Positions 38,895-49,116 of a stretch of 64,000 nt of DNA are shown here, piece after piece. The notes under the pieces were generated by a model that was not told the DNA's origin, did no database searches, and saw nothing but the letters and a program-made list of their open reading frames with translations. A program made the translations under genes and the position numbers. The stretch's first letter is position 1, and each line of letters begins with the position of its first letter. Source of the DNA: Saprolegnia diclina VS20 (Eukaryota); NCBI RefSeq assembly GCF_000281045.1, contig NW_008246075.1, positions 181,476 to 245,475 of the forward strand, in the 5' to 3' direction.

Positions 38895-41800
38895 CTACGA
38901 GGTGGCTGGCGGCGGGTTCGCGACGCCCGAACTCGACTTCTTCTTGCCACGGCGGGAGCGATTCTTGGGCTTTGCGCCCTCGCTTGGCGCGGGTGGCGGC
39001 GCTGTGTCCACGGCCCCTTGGCGCTCTTTCGCTTCGTCCAGTGGTGTCAGTGCTTCCGACTCTTTGGGCGGCTTGGAGTCGTCGCCGGTTGCCTTCCGCT
39101 CCCGAGTGCCCTTGGCCTTCTTCGATTTCTTGGTCGGCACGGGCTTTTCGCTGGCAGCTGCCGTCGCGGCCGTGTCGTCGCTCGTAGCAGCCGTGAGCTC
39201 CGTACCCCGCACCTTTTTGGCGTTTTTGGAGCCCTTTTCCGTCTCGTTCCTCTCGAGCGGCTCTTGTTGCTTGGGCTCGTCCACCTTTTTGGTCGCCGAC
39301 TTGTCGGTGTTGTCGGCTTTCTTCTTGGGCTTGCGCTTCTCTTGACGCGTTGCCTTGTCGACATCCTTCTTCTCCTTTTTCGTCAGCGGCTTGGGCAAAA
39401 CTGCAGTGAGCGTCTCGAACGACGCGTCGTCGCCCACAATGAGGCCCACCGCGCGGTCGACTTCTTCGAGGATTTTCTGTCGTCGACCGTGAGCTTCTCA
39501 GTGCATAGGAGAGAATATCGTACCTGCTGGCCGCCCAGCTGCAGCACGACGCCGAGGTCGCGGTCGAGCTCAAACGGATCTTCGATGCTCATGCGCCACG
39601 CCTTGCGCTTGGCGCCCCACCGCGCTTGTTTGGTGAGCAGCTCGGATCGGTGGATCGCAACGCTGCGACCGTACCAGTCAAAGTGCTTGAGGTACATGAA
39701 GAAGCGAACGAGGAGTGACGCCACCGAGAGGCTTTGCGTGTCGGGAAGCATGACCGCTGCCTTGACCTGTGCAACGTTCTGGCAAAAGGCCACGTTACAG
39801 CCGTTGAGCTCCTAGTCGCAATGAAAAGGCTCCACCGACTTGACGTTGGCATCGAGTGTACCTCGGCGGGCACACCAAGTTTCTGGAGCAGGCCGGGGTC
39901 TTGGAGGTTGGGCAGCACACCAGCCTCCTGCAGGACGTGGATCACCAAGAGCACATACGAGTACGAGCTCAATGTGCCCATGGAGGCATCGTTGATGCGT
40001 CGAGCTTTCGCCCAATGCTTGACCTATAGAAATGCGCTCAGACTCTGTGCAATCGCAAGTGAGCTGTACGGCCAAGACCAGCGGCCGGACGCGAGGGTCG
40101 TACTCGCCGTACGTTCGAAGCAGCAGCGTGTTCTTGGTCGGAAGCAAGTTGCCCATGCAAATGTCGCCCTCGAGACCGCTCCCAGTGTGGAGAAATCTGT
40201 ACCGAGTCAAATCACCGCCACATCGTCAACATTTAGAGATCGCACTTGATGATGGGCACGCGGGCGCCGAGGATGAGTTGCTGGACCGTGCATCCACCTC
40301 TCTACGTTGGGATGAGTGCGTCGCCCATGGCGCCGCGAGTCGTTACCTGCAGCGCTCCGGAGAGCCGGTACATGGCTTTGCGCTGTCCGTCGGCGTCCTG
40401 GATCGCAAGGTGGATTTGCTTCTTAGTCGCCACGAGCGACGATGGCGAGGACTTGGAATTCGGCGGTAGCATGAGCTCGGTCATCGTGACTAGACTGTTG
40501 GCGGCACGCAAAAACACTTGGGCTTGCTGCAGCTGGTTCTTGCTACGGATGACACCAACGGGCATGAGTGCGAGGCATGATGACCGGCAGGTCCCACATC
40601 TTGGCCGGGGTCTTGGCCAAGTCTGCGGGGCAGCGCGACTTGATTTTCGTGTACGCCGCGAGAGCCTTTGCCGCATCTCCCTTGATCTGGTCGAGGGCCT
40701 CGGCGCACCGCGTGGCGAGTCCCATGGCCTTGAGAGCATCGTCACTACACAGCACTGCTATGTACAGAGGTGTGGTGCTTCGACGCAACGCACTGCTGGC
40801 GGCGGGCGGCCCCAATACCGCTGTGCGCAGCGGGCGAATCCGGTGTCCGGCGGACAGCCGTGATGTCAATGTCGCAGCCCTTGGAGCCTGCATACACAGG
40901 GTATTTGAAGCATTAGCAAGACCAGGGATAATACCAAACAGCGAGAGGGAGCTGCCGTAGAGGTGCAGGCCACACTTGCGGTCAAACGAGCTCTTGACGA
41001 CCTTCTGGAGGTCATCGACCACCCGCTGCCGCTGGGCTTCGTCCTACGCTCGACACATTGAACAATAAGCTGGTCCGTTAGGGGCGTACGTTGCCGTCGA
41101 CACGCGTCTGGTCGTAATGCGCCAAGATGCCGATATCGAGCGCCTGCAGCACTGGCGCGCTGATGCGGGGGAGATGCAACGCGGCATGGAACGGCGTCGT
41201 GTCTTGCTTGACGTGCACGAGGAGGTCCTGGACGTCGGTCACGAGACGCCGGATCTTGCTCGTATCGTGACGATGCAAGTTGGTCTCGATCGCGGCCAAG
41301 AGGCGGCGGCACCACGCTTCGATAGGACTCGCGTTGTGCGCCGAGCACGTGGCCAAGAGCAGCTCGGACGTGAGCTCCAAAATATCTCCGTGAATCAACG
41401 TCGAGAGCTTGGTGGGGTGGAGCGCCCAAAGCCAGTGCGTGAGCTGCAGTACAAGATCCAGCGCTTGAAAGGACTTTTCCTACAAAATGGAGAGCTCGAC
41501 GCCGTTGTAGGACACGCGTGCGATACCTCGTGCGTCTCGACAGTGACGCTCGAAGGAACCTTGAGAAGCACGCGGACGACGTCGATGAATTCCAGCGCGC
41601 GCTTGATGAACCAGACATGCGGTCCGCTGGCAAGCGACTCGGTGTCACCCGCGCCTTGGCTCCGCGACAAGAGCTGCCGGGCGAAGAGAGGGTCCTTGGG
41701 GCGGAGCCAGGCCAAATCGATGGTCGCTGCAGACAGCGCCGTCTGCAAGTTTCGCTTGGCGTGCGTATCCATGACGCATTCGAGCACATCGTCGTCGTTC

Positions 41801-41991
41801 ATTCGTGCGTCGTCCGGGTCGGCCCCAGATTGCACCTTGGTCATCCAAGCGTCGATGAGGTCCATGGACTCGGGCTGCGCGAGGACGTCCATGACCGCAT
41901 CGTCTTCCATCGCTTCGAGCGCATGGCGGATGTCGTCCGACGCCGCAGCCAGGACGACGTCGAACGTCACTTCGGGCTTCGCTTCGGCCAT
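38895..41991 (-). CDS. Cid1/TUT-family terminal nucleotidyltransferase (pol-beta superfamily), multi-exon
   Basis: Contains [16 protein letters not shown] (DxD), [56 protein letters not shown] and the PAP-associated [13 protein letters not shown]; Lys-rich tail. Confidence 0.9.
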
Positions 41992-42553
41992 CAAATCAAA
42001 CTCCGGGCGAGCCAGGTCTTCACGAAACCGGTCATCGGTTCGCCTAGCCGACTAGTGGCGGTCATGACCGCCGTATCAGTTCTTGTAACCGACAGAGCGC
42101 TTTTATGCCAGCGGATTTTTCGAACCCGACGCACGACCAACCGAGCCAGAGGCTCTTCCCTGCAGCGTACAAGTGTCCTTCTGGATCCCCGTCACGCTGG
42201 TATTACTCATTAGGCAGTAGTGTAGGTGATGTGAGGCGAGTACGCTAGCGTTAACCAATAAGCGCCTGTCGCCAGGACGAGATCCTCGGTCGCAACATTT
42301 GTCTAGCACCTTGCAGCCTGCGACCACACTGCTGTTGGAAGTCTGACAAGCAGGATACATCGTCCCGTCGCCTTGATGCAGCAAGTGTACGTGGCGTCGT
42401 GCGATGCGAGCGCCCGCCTTGGCTTCAACGCGTCGGTTTTTTACACGGTTTGATTGGCGGTTCTATATTTCGCGGGCTGTCGCATGGACGCGCCGAGCTT
42501 GTCATAGACACGCAGAGGCGCGCGTTCGGCTCGCGGCGCAAGTTTCAAATTCG

Positions 42554-42862
42554 ATGTGCCGCCCTCTTGTGACGCTAGCGCCCGAGGACGACCGCGTGAC
42601 GACAGCGTGGCCGCGCGCGAGATGCACGCCTCTGATCGCGTCGCTGCTACAGCGGTCGTGCCGCTACGAGGCGCTCGTGCGCGAAGAGACGTTCACGGCG
42701 CTCGCGAGGAAGCTCGAGCGCATGCTCCTGAAAGCGTACCCGCTTGACATTGCCGTCGTATCGGAGGACGAGCTGCGCTGGCGTCTGCGCCACATTGTCC
42801 GGCGCCTCCTCAAGTCCAAGGATTGCGTCGCGCTCCAGCCCAACAACTACGCGGCGTCGTAA
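42554..42862 (+). CDS. Small hypothetical helical protein (weak KIX-like pattern)
   Basis: ORF with gene-like codons, containing IASLLQR...ALARKLERMLLKAYP...LRWRLRHIVRRL. Confidence 0.5.
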   Translation: MCRPLVTLAPEDDRVTTAWPRARCTPLIASLLQRSCRYEALVREETFTALARKLERMLLKAYPLDIAVVSEDELRWRLRHIVRRLLKSKDCVALQPNNYAAS

Positions 42863-42880
42863 TCGCTCGGATGAATCTAT

Positions 42881-43938
42881 TTACGCGACAAGTTGACTTG
42901 TACTGCTCGCGCGTCGTCGATAGCGCGCGGCGCTGTGGGCGACGTACAGCGCGAGAATCGACTCGACTTTTCGCGGGTCGGCGCCGTGCCGAAAGTAGGT
43001 AGTCACGACCGCCGAGAGAAGCGCGCGCTCGATGCGCATCGGAAGCGAGTCGTTGGGCGGCGACGCCACAAGGGCGGGGCGGTGGGCGCTGTGGGCGAGG
43101 ATGCGGGTCACGAGGTTCTCTTCGAGGAGGCCAATGAACGCTGACGCTGGCGGCATCTCTCTCAAATAGGTTTCGAGCGACGCGTCGATCGCTGCCTCGG
43201 TGACAGCGAGCAAATCTTCCACTAACGTTGGCGCGAGGCCGGCCGAGAACGGGATCGGAATGCTAAAGTTGACAACACGCACCATGAGCGAAAACTCAAT
43301 GCGCTGAAGCAACTCGCGCTCGTCCAGGAGACCCAGCGCCGCTCTACACAAAAAAAACATTTCGGCAACGTATCGAGTGGGGGCGATAGTACCGAATGAG
43401 CACGGAGAGAGTATGGGTCGTGGCGCCACCGGACGACAAAACACTGTCGATGCTGCGCTCGGGTGCCGCCGCGTCGGTCCACGCAAGCGCCAGGGCTTCT
43501 ATGAGCACGCGCTCTGCGGTCGTGTCCAAGAACGGCAGCTTTGTAGACACACACGAGGCAAGGCGAAGCTTCAGTTGGTGGCGCATCTAGCACGAGAATC
43601 GCATTGGCATTGGTATTCACGCCAACGTTTGTACTTTGGCCGGAAGTCCCCTACAATGCCGGCGTGAAGTACAACATACGATAAGCGCGAAAGCCTGCGT
43701 ACTCGTCTCGTCGATGCATGGCGGGCCAGAACGAGGCGGGCAGAAGCGCGGCCATAGCGTCGGCAACGGCCCGGACGCTAAACTCGATCACGTCGTAAGC
43801 GTCGTCGTCGTCAATGTCCAGGGCGGCGCCAAACACGTCCACAAAGAGGCTGATCTGCGAGGGCGTGAGACCGCGTGGGCTTGGAGCAACGACATCGCCC
43901 GAGTCGGCGCGGACGCATCGCCACCAGCCCCCAGTCAT
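42881..43938 (-). CDS. Hypothetical protein, multi-exon
   Basis: Successive minus-strand ORFs (MTGGWWRCV...YRMLYF; MRHQLKLRL...LLIRYY; ELLQRIEFSLM...QLVA*) separated by intron-sized gaps. Confidence 0.55.
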
Positions 43939-44252
43939 CAATCAATGATAGTGCCAGACCACAGTGTGCCACAAGCCTTTACCATGGGTCAATAATAAAG
44001 ACCCATGCCTCTACACAGGTATCCGGATCCGCCGCAAAACAACAACATTCCGCGTGCCACGTCATTGGCGCCAGCTCCGTCACAAGAGTTTCATGCTGGC
44101 AACGATAATGAGCTCAATAGAAAGCTGGAAACATTTTTCTACTAATATCTGGTTTCAATTTTGGCTGGATTTGGGTGACGCCATTCCAAGGGCACCTGGT
44201 GCCTTAGGCGGAGCGGCTTGCCGCGACGCCCGCAGGGCCATGGCGCGCTTCG

Positions 44253-44838
44253 NNNNNNNNNNNNNNNNNNNNNNNNNNNNNNNNNNNNNNNNNNNNNNNN
44301 NNNNNNNNNNNNNNNNNNNNNNNNNNNNNNNNNNNNNNNNNNNNNNNNNNNNNNNNNNNNNNNNNNNNNNNNNNNNNNNNNNNNNNNNNNNNNNNNNNNN
44401 NNNNNNNNNNNNNNNNNNNNNNNNNNNNNNNNNNNNNNNNNNNNNNNNNNNNNNNNNNNNNNNNNNNNNNNNNNNNNNNNNNNNNNNNNNNNNNNNNNNN
44501 NNNNNNNNNNNNNNNNNNNNNNNNNNNNNNNNNNNNNNNNNNNNNNNNNNNNNNNNNNNNNNNNNNNNNNNNNNNNNNNNNNNNNNNNNNNNNNNNNNNN
44601 NNNNNNNNNNNNNNNNNNNNNNNNNNNNNNNNNNNNNNNNNNNNNNNNNNNNNNNNNNNNNNNNNNNNNNNNNNNNNNNNNNNNNNNNNNNNNNNNNNNN
44701 NNNNNNNNNNNNNNNNNNNNNNNNNNNNNNNNNNNNNNNNNNNNNNNNNNNNNNNNNNNNNNNNNNNNNNNNNNNNNNNNNNNNNNNNNNNNNNNNNNNN
44801 NNNNNNNNNNNNNNNNNNNNNNNNNNNNNNNNNNNNNT
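44253..44838. other. Assembly gap (586 N)
   Basis: Continuous run of N. Confidence 1.
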
Positions 44839-45455
44839 ATGGGCACCGGTTGCTTCAATGCCACACGCACACTGGCTCACGAGAGAAAGAGTGTCCAATT
44901 CTGCACTCGCATTCGGTTTATGACGTGGCAAAATATCGATACGGAACTGACTGCATCATTGAGGCATCACGCCTGAGGGCCAGGACGACGCGCCTATGAC
45001 CTTGATGAGACACGAATCAGAGCCAGAGCAAATTTGAAGACAATCAACTCGAAACATCCTTTTGCTTTTTCAAGTGGATGTTTCTGGACCATCCACCACA
45101 ATCCGAGGCAGTTGCGCGCGGTCACCAATTGTGTGCAGAGATTAGTGACCGTGCAACTGCCATGGCCGGATTGTGAAATCTTTCAGAATGTAGATTTGCT
45201 CCAGCATGACATCACGACTCTTTCTGGTTTGCTCAGCCAAGACACCGAGTGGCCAGAATGCCCGCATTGATTCATTGTGGGTCGGGGCAGAGCTGCATAA
45301 GCTCGGCAACACGCATCTGGTGCCCCAGTATCATGATCTGCGGAGCCAGATGGCAAGAGCGTCTAAGCTCTCAACACAAACATCTGCCTCATCCAAAGTT
45401 TTAGCCAGGTTGACCACTTTCCAAGTCGCCCCTCGGACGCCACTCGCACGCCTCG

Positions 45456-48371
45456 ATGGTCTCACTACCGCTGCTCGTCATTGTGATCGTGGGCCAAGTT
45501 GCCGGCGCACCGCAAGGCCTCGGCAGTGTCCTGCAAGGTGTCATCAACGACGTCAAGCACTCGGTTGCCGGCGTCCGCTACGTATTTGAAAGTCTTGTCG
45601 ACGCTGAGCCTGTCACAGGTTTTTGCTCGCCCGAAGCTCTTCGCGCCTTCGACGACGCACTCGCATCCGGCGCCCTCGAGCGTCGCACGGCATATCCCAC
45701 TGGCATTTTGGAGCTCACGGGTCCCACGCTGTCAACGATTGACGGACCCGCGTTCTTAAAGCGCCAAGACGCGTTCCTCAACGCCCTCTCTGGCGCAGCG
45801 CTCTCTACGTACCAGCCACGCATCCAACGGCGCATCCAGGAAGACCATGCGACGTGGGCAGCCCGGGGTAGCACCTTCTCGCTCGCGCTCTACGCCAAAA
45901 CCTCGACGTTCAAAGTCTTCTTGGATGTAGTCTACGGCATTGACGACCCTGAGAAATACACGGGCCACCGTGCACAACTCGACGAATATCTCTTTTACTT
46001 GAGCAAGACGAGCAGCCGCGCCCCGTCCGACGCCGCCAAGATTCGCGAGCACCTCCTCGCGGCGATTGTACGCCCGGCCATTGCATCGAGCTTGGCTCGC
46101 GTTCGCAGCGGCGCGCCGCTGACGTGCGTCCTTGACACTGTCGTGGCGCAGGGTACTGTCTCCGAGGCCGACTTGGCCCTTGAAAGCTTTCAGCTCTTGG
46201 CGATGGGCCTGCCGGGGCTCGAAGGTCTCGTCGTGCACACGATCACGGCCATGGTGAGCCTCGACGACGTCCGCGGCCAAATGGCGACGGCACGGGACGC
46301 ATACACGGCCAAGTACCCCGGCGGCGCATTTTGGAGCCATCTCGACGACCTCGACGCCGTCAACCAGTACGTGAACGAAGTGCAGCGCGTCTGCGGTGCC
46401 AGCCCGCGTCACACGTTTGCCCGTGCGACCAAGGACTTCTCGGTTCCTAGCGGCAGCGGCGCGACGGTCGCTGTGCCCAAGAACCGCCTCACAGTGGTGC
46501 TGCTCGACTGCATCAACAACGACCCCAAGCGGTGGCCGTCGCCAGAACAGTTTCAACCGGCGCGCTTTGCGGCGGCCAACACGTCAGCCTATGGATTTGC
46601 ACCGTTTGCGATCGACGACCTCGTGCACCGAGCCGAGGGGCGCCGCGAAGGGCTCTCGCGCCTCATTTTGCAGTCGCACGTGGTCTCGCTGCTTGACTTT
46701 GTCGCAGTCATGGCGCCGCTGCAGTCGTTCGCACTGGGCGACGGCGTGAACCCACTGCCAATCGACTTGCTCACCACCGTGAGCTTCCGCTACGTTCCGG
46801 GCGTCGTCCAAGGTGACATAGACGCGTGGCGCCGGCTGCATCATCCCAGCGCCAAGCTCTACAACGGGTCGCTTGAGAACCCTTTGCTGGCGGCGTCGGA
46901 CAAGCGTCTCGACTTTTGGACGCACTCTATGATCCAGCTCTTCAACGTCCGGTTTGAGACGTGGGTGACGCCAACGGCCGCGGCATCCATCAAGGTGCCG
47001 ACAACACAAAAGAATCTACCGAAACGCACGCTCTACGGCACGTCGATCCAGATTCCCACCGAGGACGAAGACGTTGCGATCCCCAAGGTCATTCTCGAAA
47101 GCGCCAAGCTCCTCCAGGACACGGCGCCGTTTGTCGACAACTTTGACGCCAAGTGGGCGCCTGGCGAAGACATGGAGGGTTGCGTCCTGAGCAAAGTCGG
47201 TCGCATGTGGCCCCGCGTCCGTGTGCACTGGGACGACCGGTACTCGGACCGCGCGCTCGAGCTCCTCGTCTTCAACGGTCTCGGTCAGCACATGGTGCAG
47301 AAGCTCGCCACCGCGCACGACGACGGCTCGTACTACACGGTGGCGACGAACTATTTGGCGTCGATCGAAGTTCGCACCGGGTACGCGATCACGGGGGCCG
47401 ACGCCTTCTTTGACAAAAACGGCAAAGTCACCAAGATCGTTCGACTCGGCAAGACGATCCGCCCCATCGATGCGTCGTGGGAGTACGTCAAAATGTGCTT
47501 TCGCTCGAGCTTGGTGAGCAAAATCACTGCTGTCGACCACCTCATTGGCCTCCACGTTACCGTTGGCAACTACATGACGACGGGGTCCCGCGAGCAGCTG
47601 CCACCGACGCACCCGCTCCGTCGCCTCATCAAACCATTCACGTTCCGCGCTGTCGCCATCAACTACGACGCATCAATTGCTCTCTTTGCGCCCAAAGGCA
47701 TGCTTCACCGCGCATTCCCGTACACGGAGAAGGGGCTCAAGGACACGTGGGCCATGGCCCTCAAGAGCCTCACCTTGGAGCCGTTCCCAGTCCATCTGGC
47801 GCGACAACAAGTCGACACGATCACGCTGCCGTACCACGAAGACGGCGCCGACTACTGGGAGATCGTGCGTACGTTTGTGAGCGAGTACCTCGACTTGTAC
47901 TACACGAGCAACGACGACGTGACGCACGACGTGTCGATTCAAGCGCTGTGGACGTTCCTCAACAAGCAGTTGCCGACGCCACTCGGCGTTCTGAGCTTGG
48001 ACAACCTCAAGGACGTTGTCGCGCACAGCATCTTTTTGGTCACGGCCATGCATAACCACCTCGGCGGCATTGCCGAGTACGTCTCGGACCCGGCGTTCTG
48101 CCCCGTGTCGTGGGTCGAAGGCGAGCTCTCGGGACGCCCCGGGAACGCTGTGCGGGCCGCTCTCATCATGAGCGGCACTGGATTTCCGCAGCCCAACATT
48201 TTGGAAGACTTTTCCCACGTGCTTTTGGACGACGCTGCCAAGGCCGTCGCCCACCGCTTCACGGCGTCGTTGCAGGCGTTTGTACATGTCGTCGAGGCGC
48301 GCAACGCTCAGCGAATCCACCCGTATCAAGCTTTCAACCCCGCGGTCATGGACATGGCCATTGGGATTTAG
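45456..48371 (+). CDS. Secreted cytochrome-P450-fold / lipoxygenase fusion protein (971 aa, intronless)
   Basis: Signal peptide MVSLPLLVIVIVGQVAGA. P450 motifs in residues ~40-445: EVQR (ExxR), FARATKDF, NNDPKRWPSPEQFQPARF. LOX motifs in residues ~450-971: WEYVKMCF, DHLIGLH, REQLPPTHPLRRLIKPF, INYDA, LPYHEDG..YW...YY..D, TAMHNHLG and C-terminal Ile. Confidence 0.93.
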   Translation: MVSLPLLVIVIVGQVAGAPQGLGSVLQGVINDVKHSVAGVRYVFESLVDAEPVTGFCSPEALRAFDDALASGALERRTAYPTGILELTGPTLSTIDGPAFLKRQDAFLNALSGAALSTYQPRIQRRIQEDHATWAARGSTFSLALYAKTSTFKVFLDVVYGIDDPEKYTGHRAQLDEYLFYLSKTSSRAPSDAAKIREHLLAAIVRPAIASSLARVRSGAPLTCVLDTVVAQGTVSEADLALESFQLLAMGLPGLEGLVVHTITAMVSLDDVRGQMATARDAYTAKYPGGAFWSHLDDLDAVNQYVNEVQRVCGASPRHTFARATKDFSVPSGSGATVAVPKNRLTVVLLDCINNDPKRWPSPEQFQPARFAAANTSAYGFAPFAIDDLVHRAEGRREGLSRLILQSHVVSLLDFVAVMAPLQSFALGDGVNPLPIDLLTTVSFRYVPGVVQGDIDAWRRLHHPSAKLYNGSLENPLLAASDKRLDFWTHSMIQLFNVRFETWVTPTAAASIKVPTTQKNLPKRTLYGTSIQIPTEDEDVAIPKVILESAKLLQDTAPFVDNFDAKWAPGEDMEGCVLSKVGRMWPRVRVHWDDRYSDRALELLVFNGLGQHMVQKLATAHDDGSYYTVATNYLASIEVRTGYAITGADAFFDKNGKVTKIVRLGKTIRPIDASWEYVKMCFRSSLVSKITAVDHLIGLHVTVGNYMTTGSREQLPPTHPLRRLIKPFTFRAVAINYDASIALFAPKGMLHRAFPYTEKGLKDTWAMALKSLTLEPFPVHLARQQVDTITLPYHEDGADYWEIVRTFVSEYLDLYYTSNDDVTHDVSIQALWTFLNKQLPTPLGVLSLDNLKDVVAHSIFLVTAMHNHLGGIAEYVSDPAFCPVSWVEGELSGRPGNAVRAALIMSGTGFPQPNILEDFSHVLLDDAAKAVAHRFTASLQAFVHVVEARNAQRIHPYQAFNPAVMDMAIGI

Positions 48372-49116
48372 AGACATCACTGTCGTGGGTGTGTCATGAT
48401 GAGTTCAATAAGACTAAAATAAATACGGCTAGCACCATGTAAAAGATAACTTGTTGATCTTCTGCCAGAGTACGTCCGCAGGGAACGTCTCGATCGTGTA
48501 TGCCTTCAAGTGCCCATGCAGTGCTTGAGGAACCCAGACATGTACATCGCTTCAAAGCTCGCCCCTTGGCGGTCGCCCTGGATGCGCATCTCGTGCTCGC
48601 ACTCCTTGCGCGCTTCCCTCCACGCGACCACGGCGTTGAACGCGAAGCTCGCGAACTTGGGAAAGCGAGTTGCGAGACCATGAGGACGCCACGACTGGCA
48701 TCGACGATATCGTCAACGCCCCGCTTTTGTCGTTTTGCTTGATCAAAACCTGTCCCCATCTTGGCTCGGTCGTCTCAAAGATGTTGGTCGACCAAACCAA
48801 CGAGAGCGCGAACACCCGACAGAGAAGACCGCGAACACCAAACAGAGGACACGGTACGCGGAAAACACGGGCTCGCGCGCACCAAGCCGAACGCAAAGGG
48901 GACTACCTGGTGCCTAAGGTCTGTAGAGTCCCACATCAACGGGCTTCTTCAGTGCGACTTAACATGCAAACACACATCGCCTTGTCCCTGGCTTGTACGA
49001 TTGACTTTGGTTAGGTTCACAACCACCGGCACGCAGCACAACTGCAAATAGATGGGGCCAAGAATGCTCGGCATACGGCCTTACCAGATTAGGCATCTCG
49101 CCTCAGATGTCAGAAT

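Noticed and set aside
43964..44976. ORFs of 242-319 aa spanning the N run
   Set aside because: Artefacts of translating through the assembly gap.
45756..48380. Long antisense ORFs (266, 198 and 235 aa) opposite the P450-LOX gene, and similar shadow ORFs elsewhere (e.g. 3998-4855, 13002-14093, 33408-34361, 41117-42055)
   Set aside because: Expected shadows of GC3-rich coding sequence, with no motifs of their own.
48394..49050. Short ORFs downstream of the P450-LOX gene as a possible partner gene
   Set aside because: No consistent frame, start or recognisable domain.
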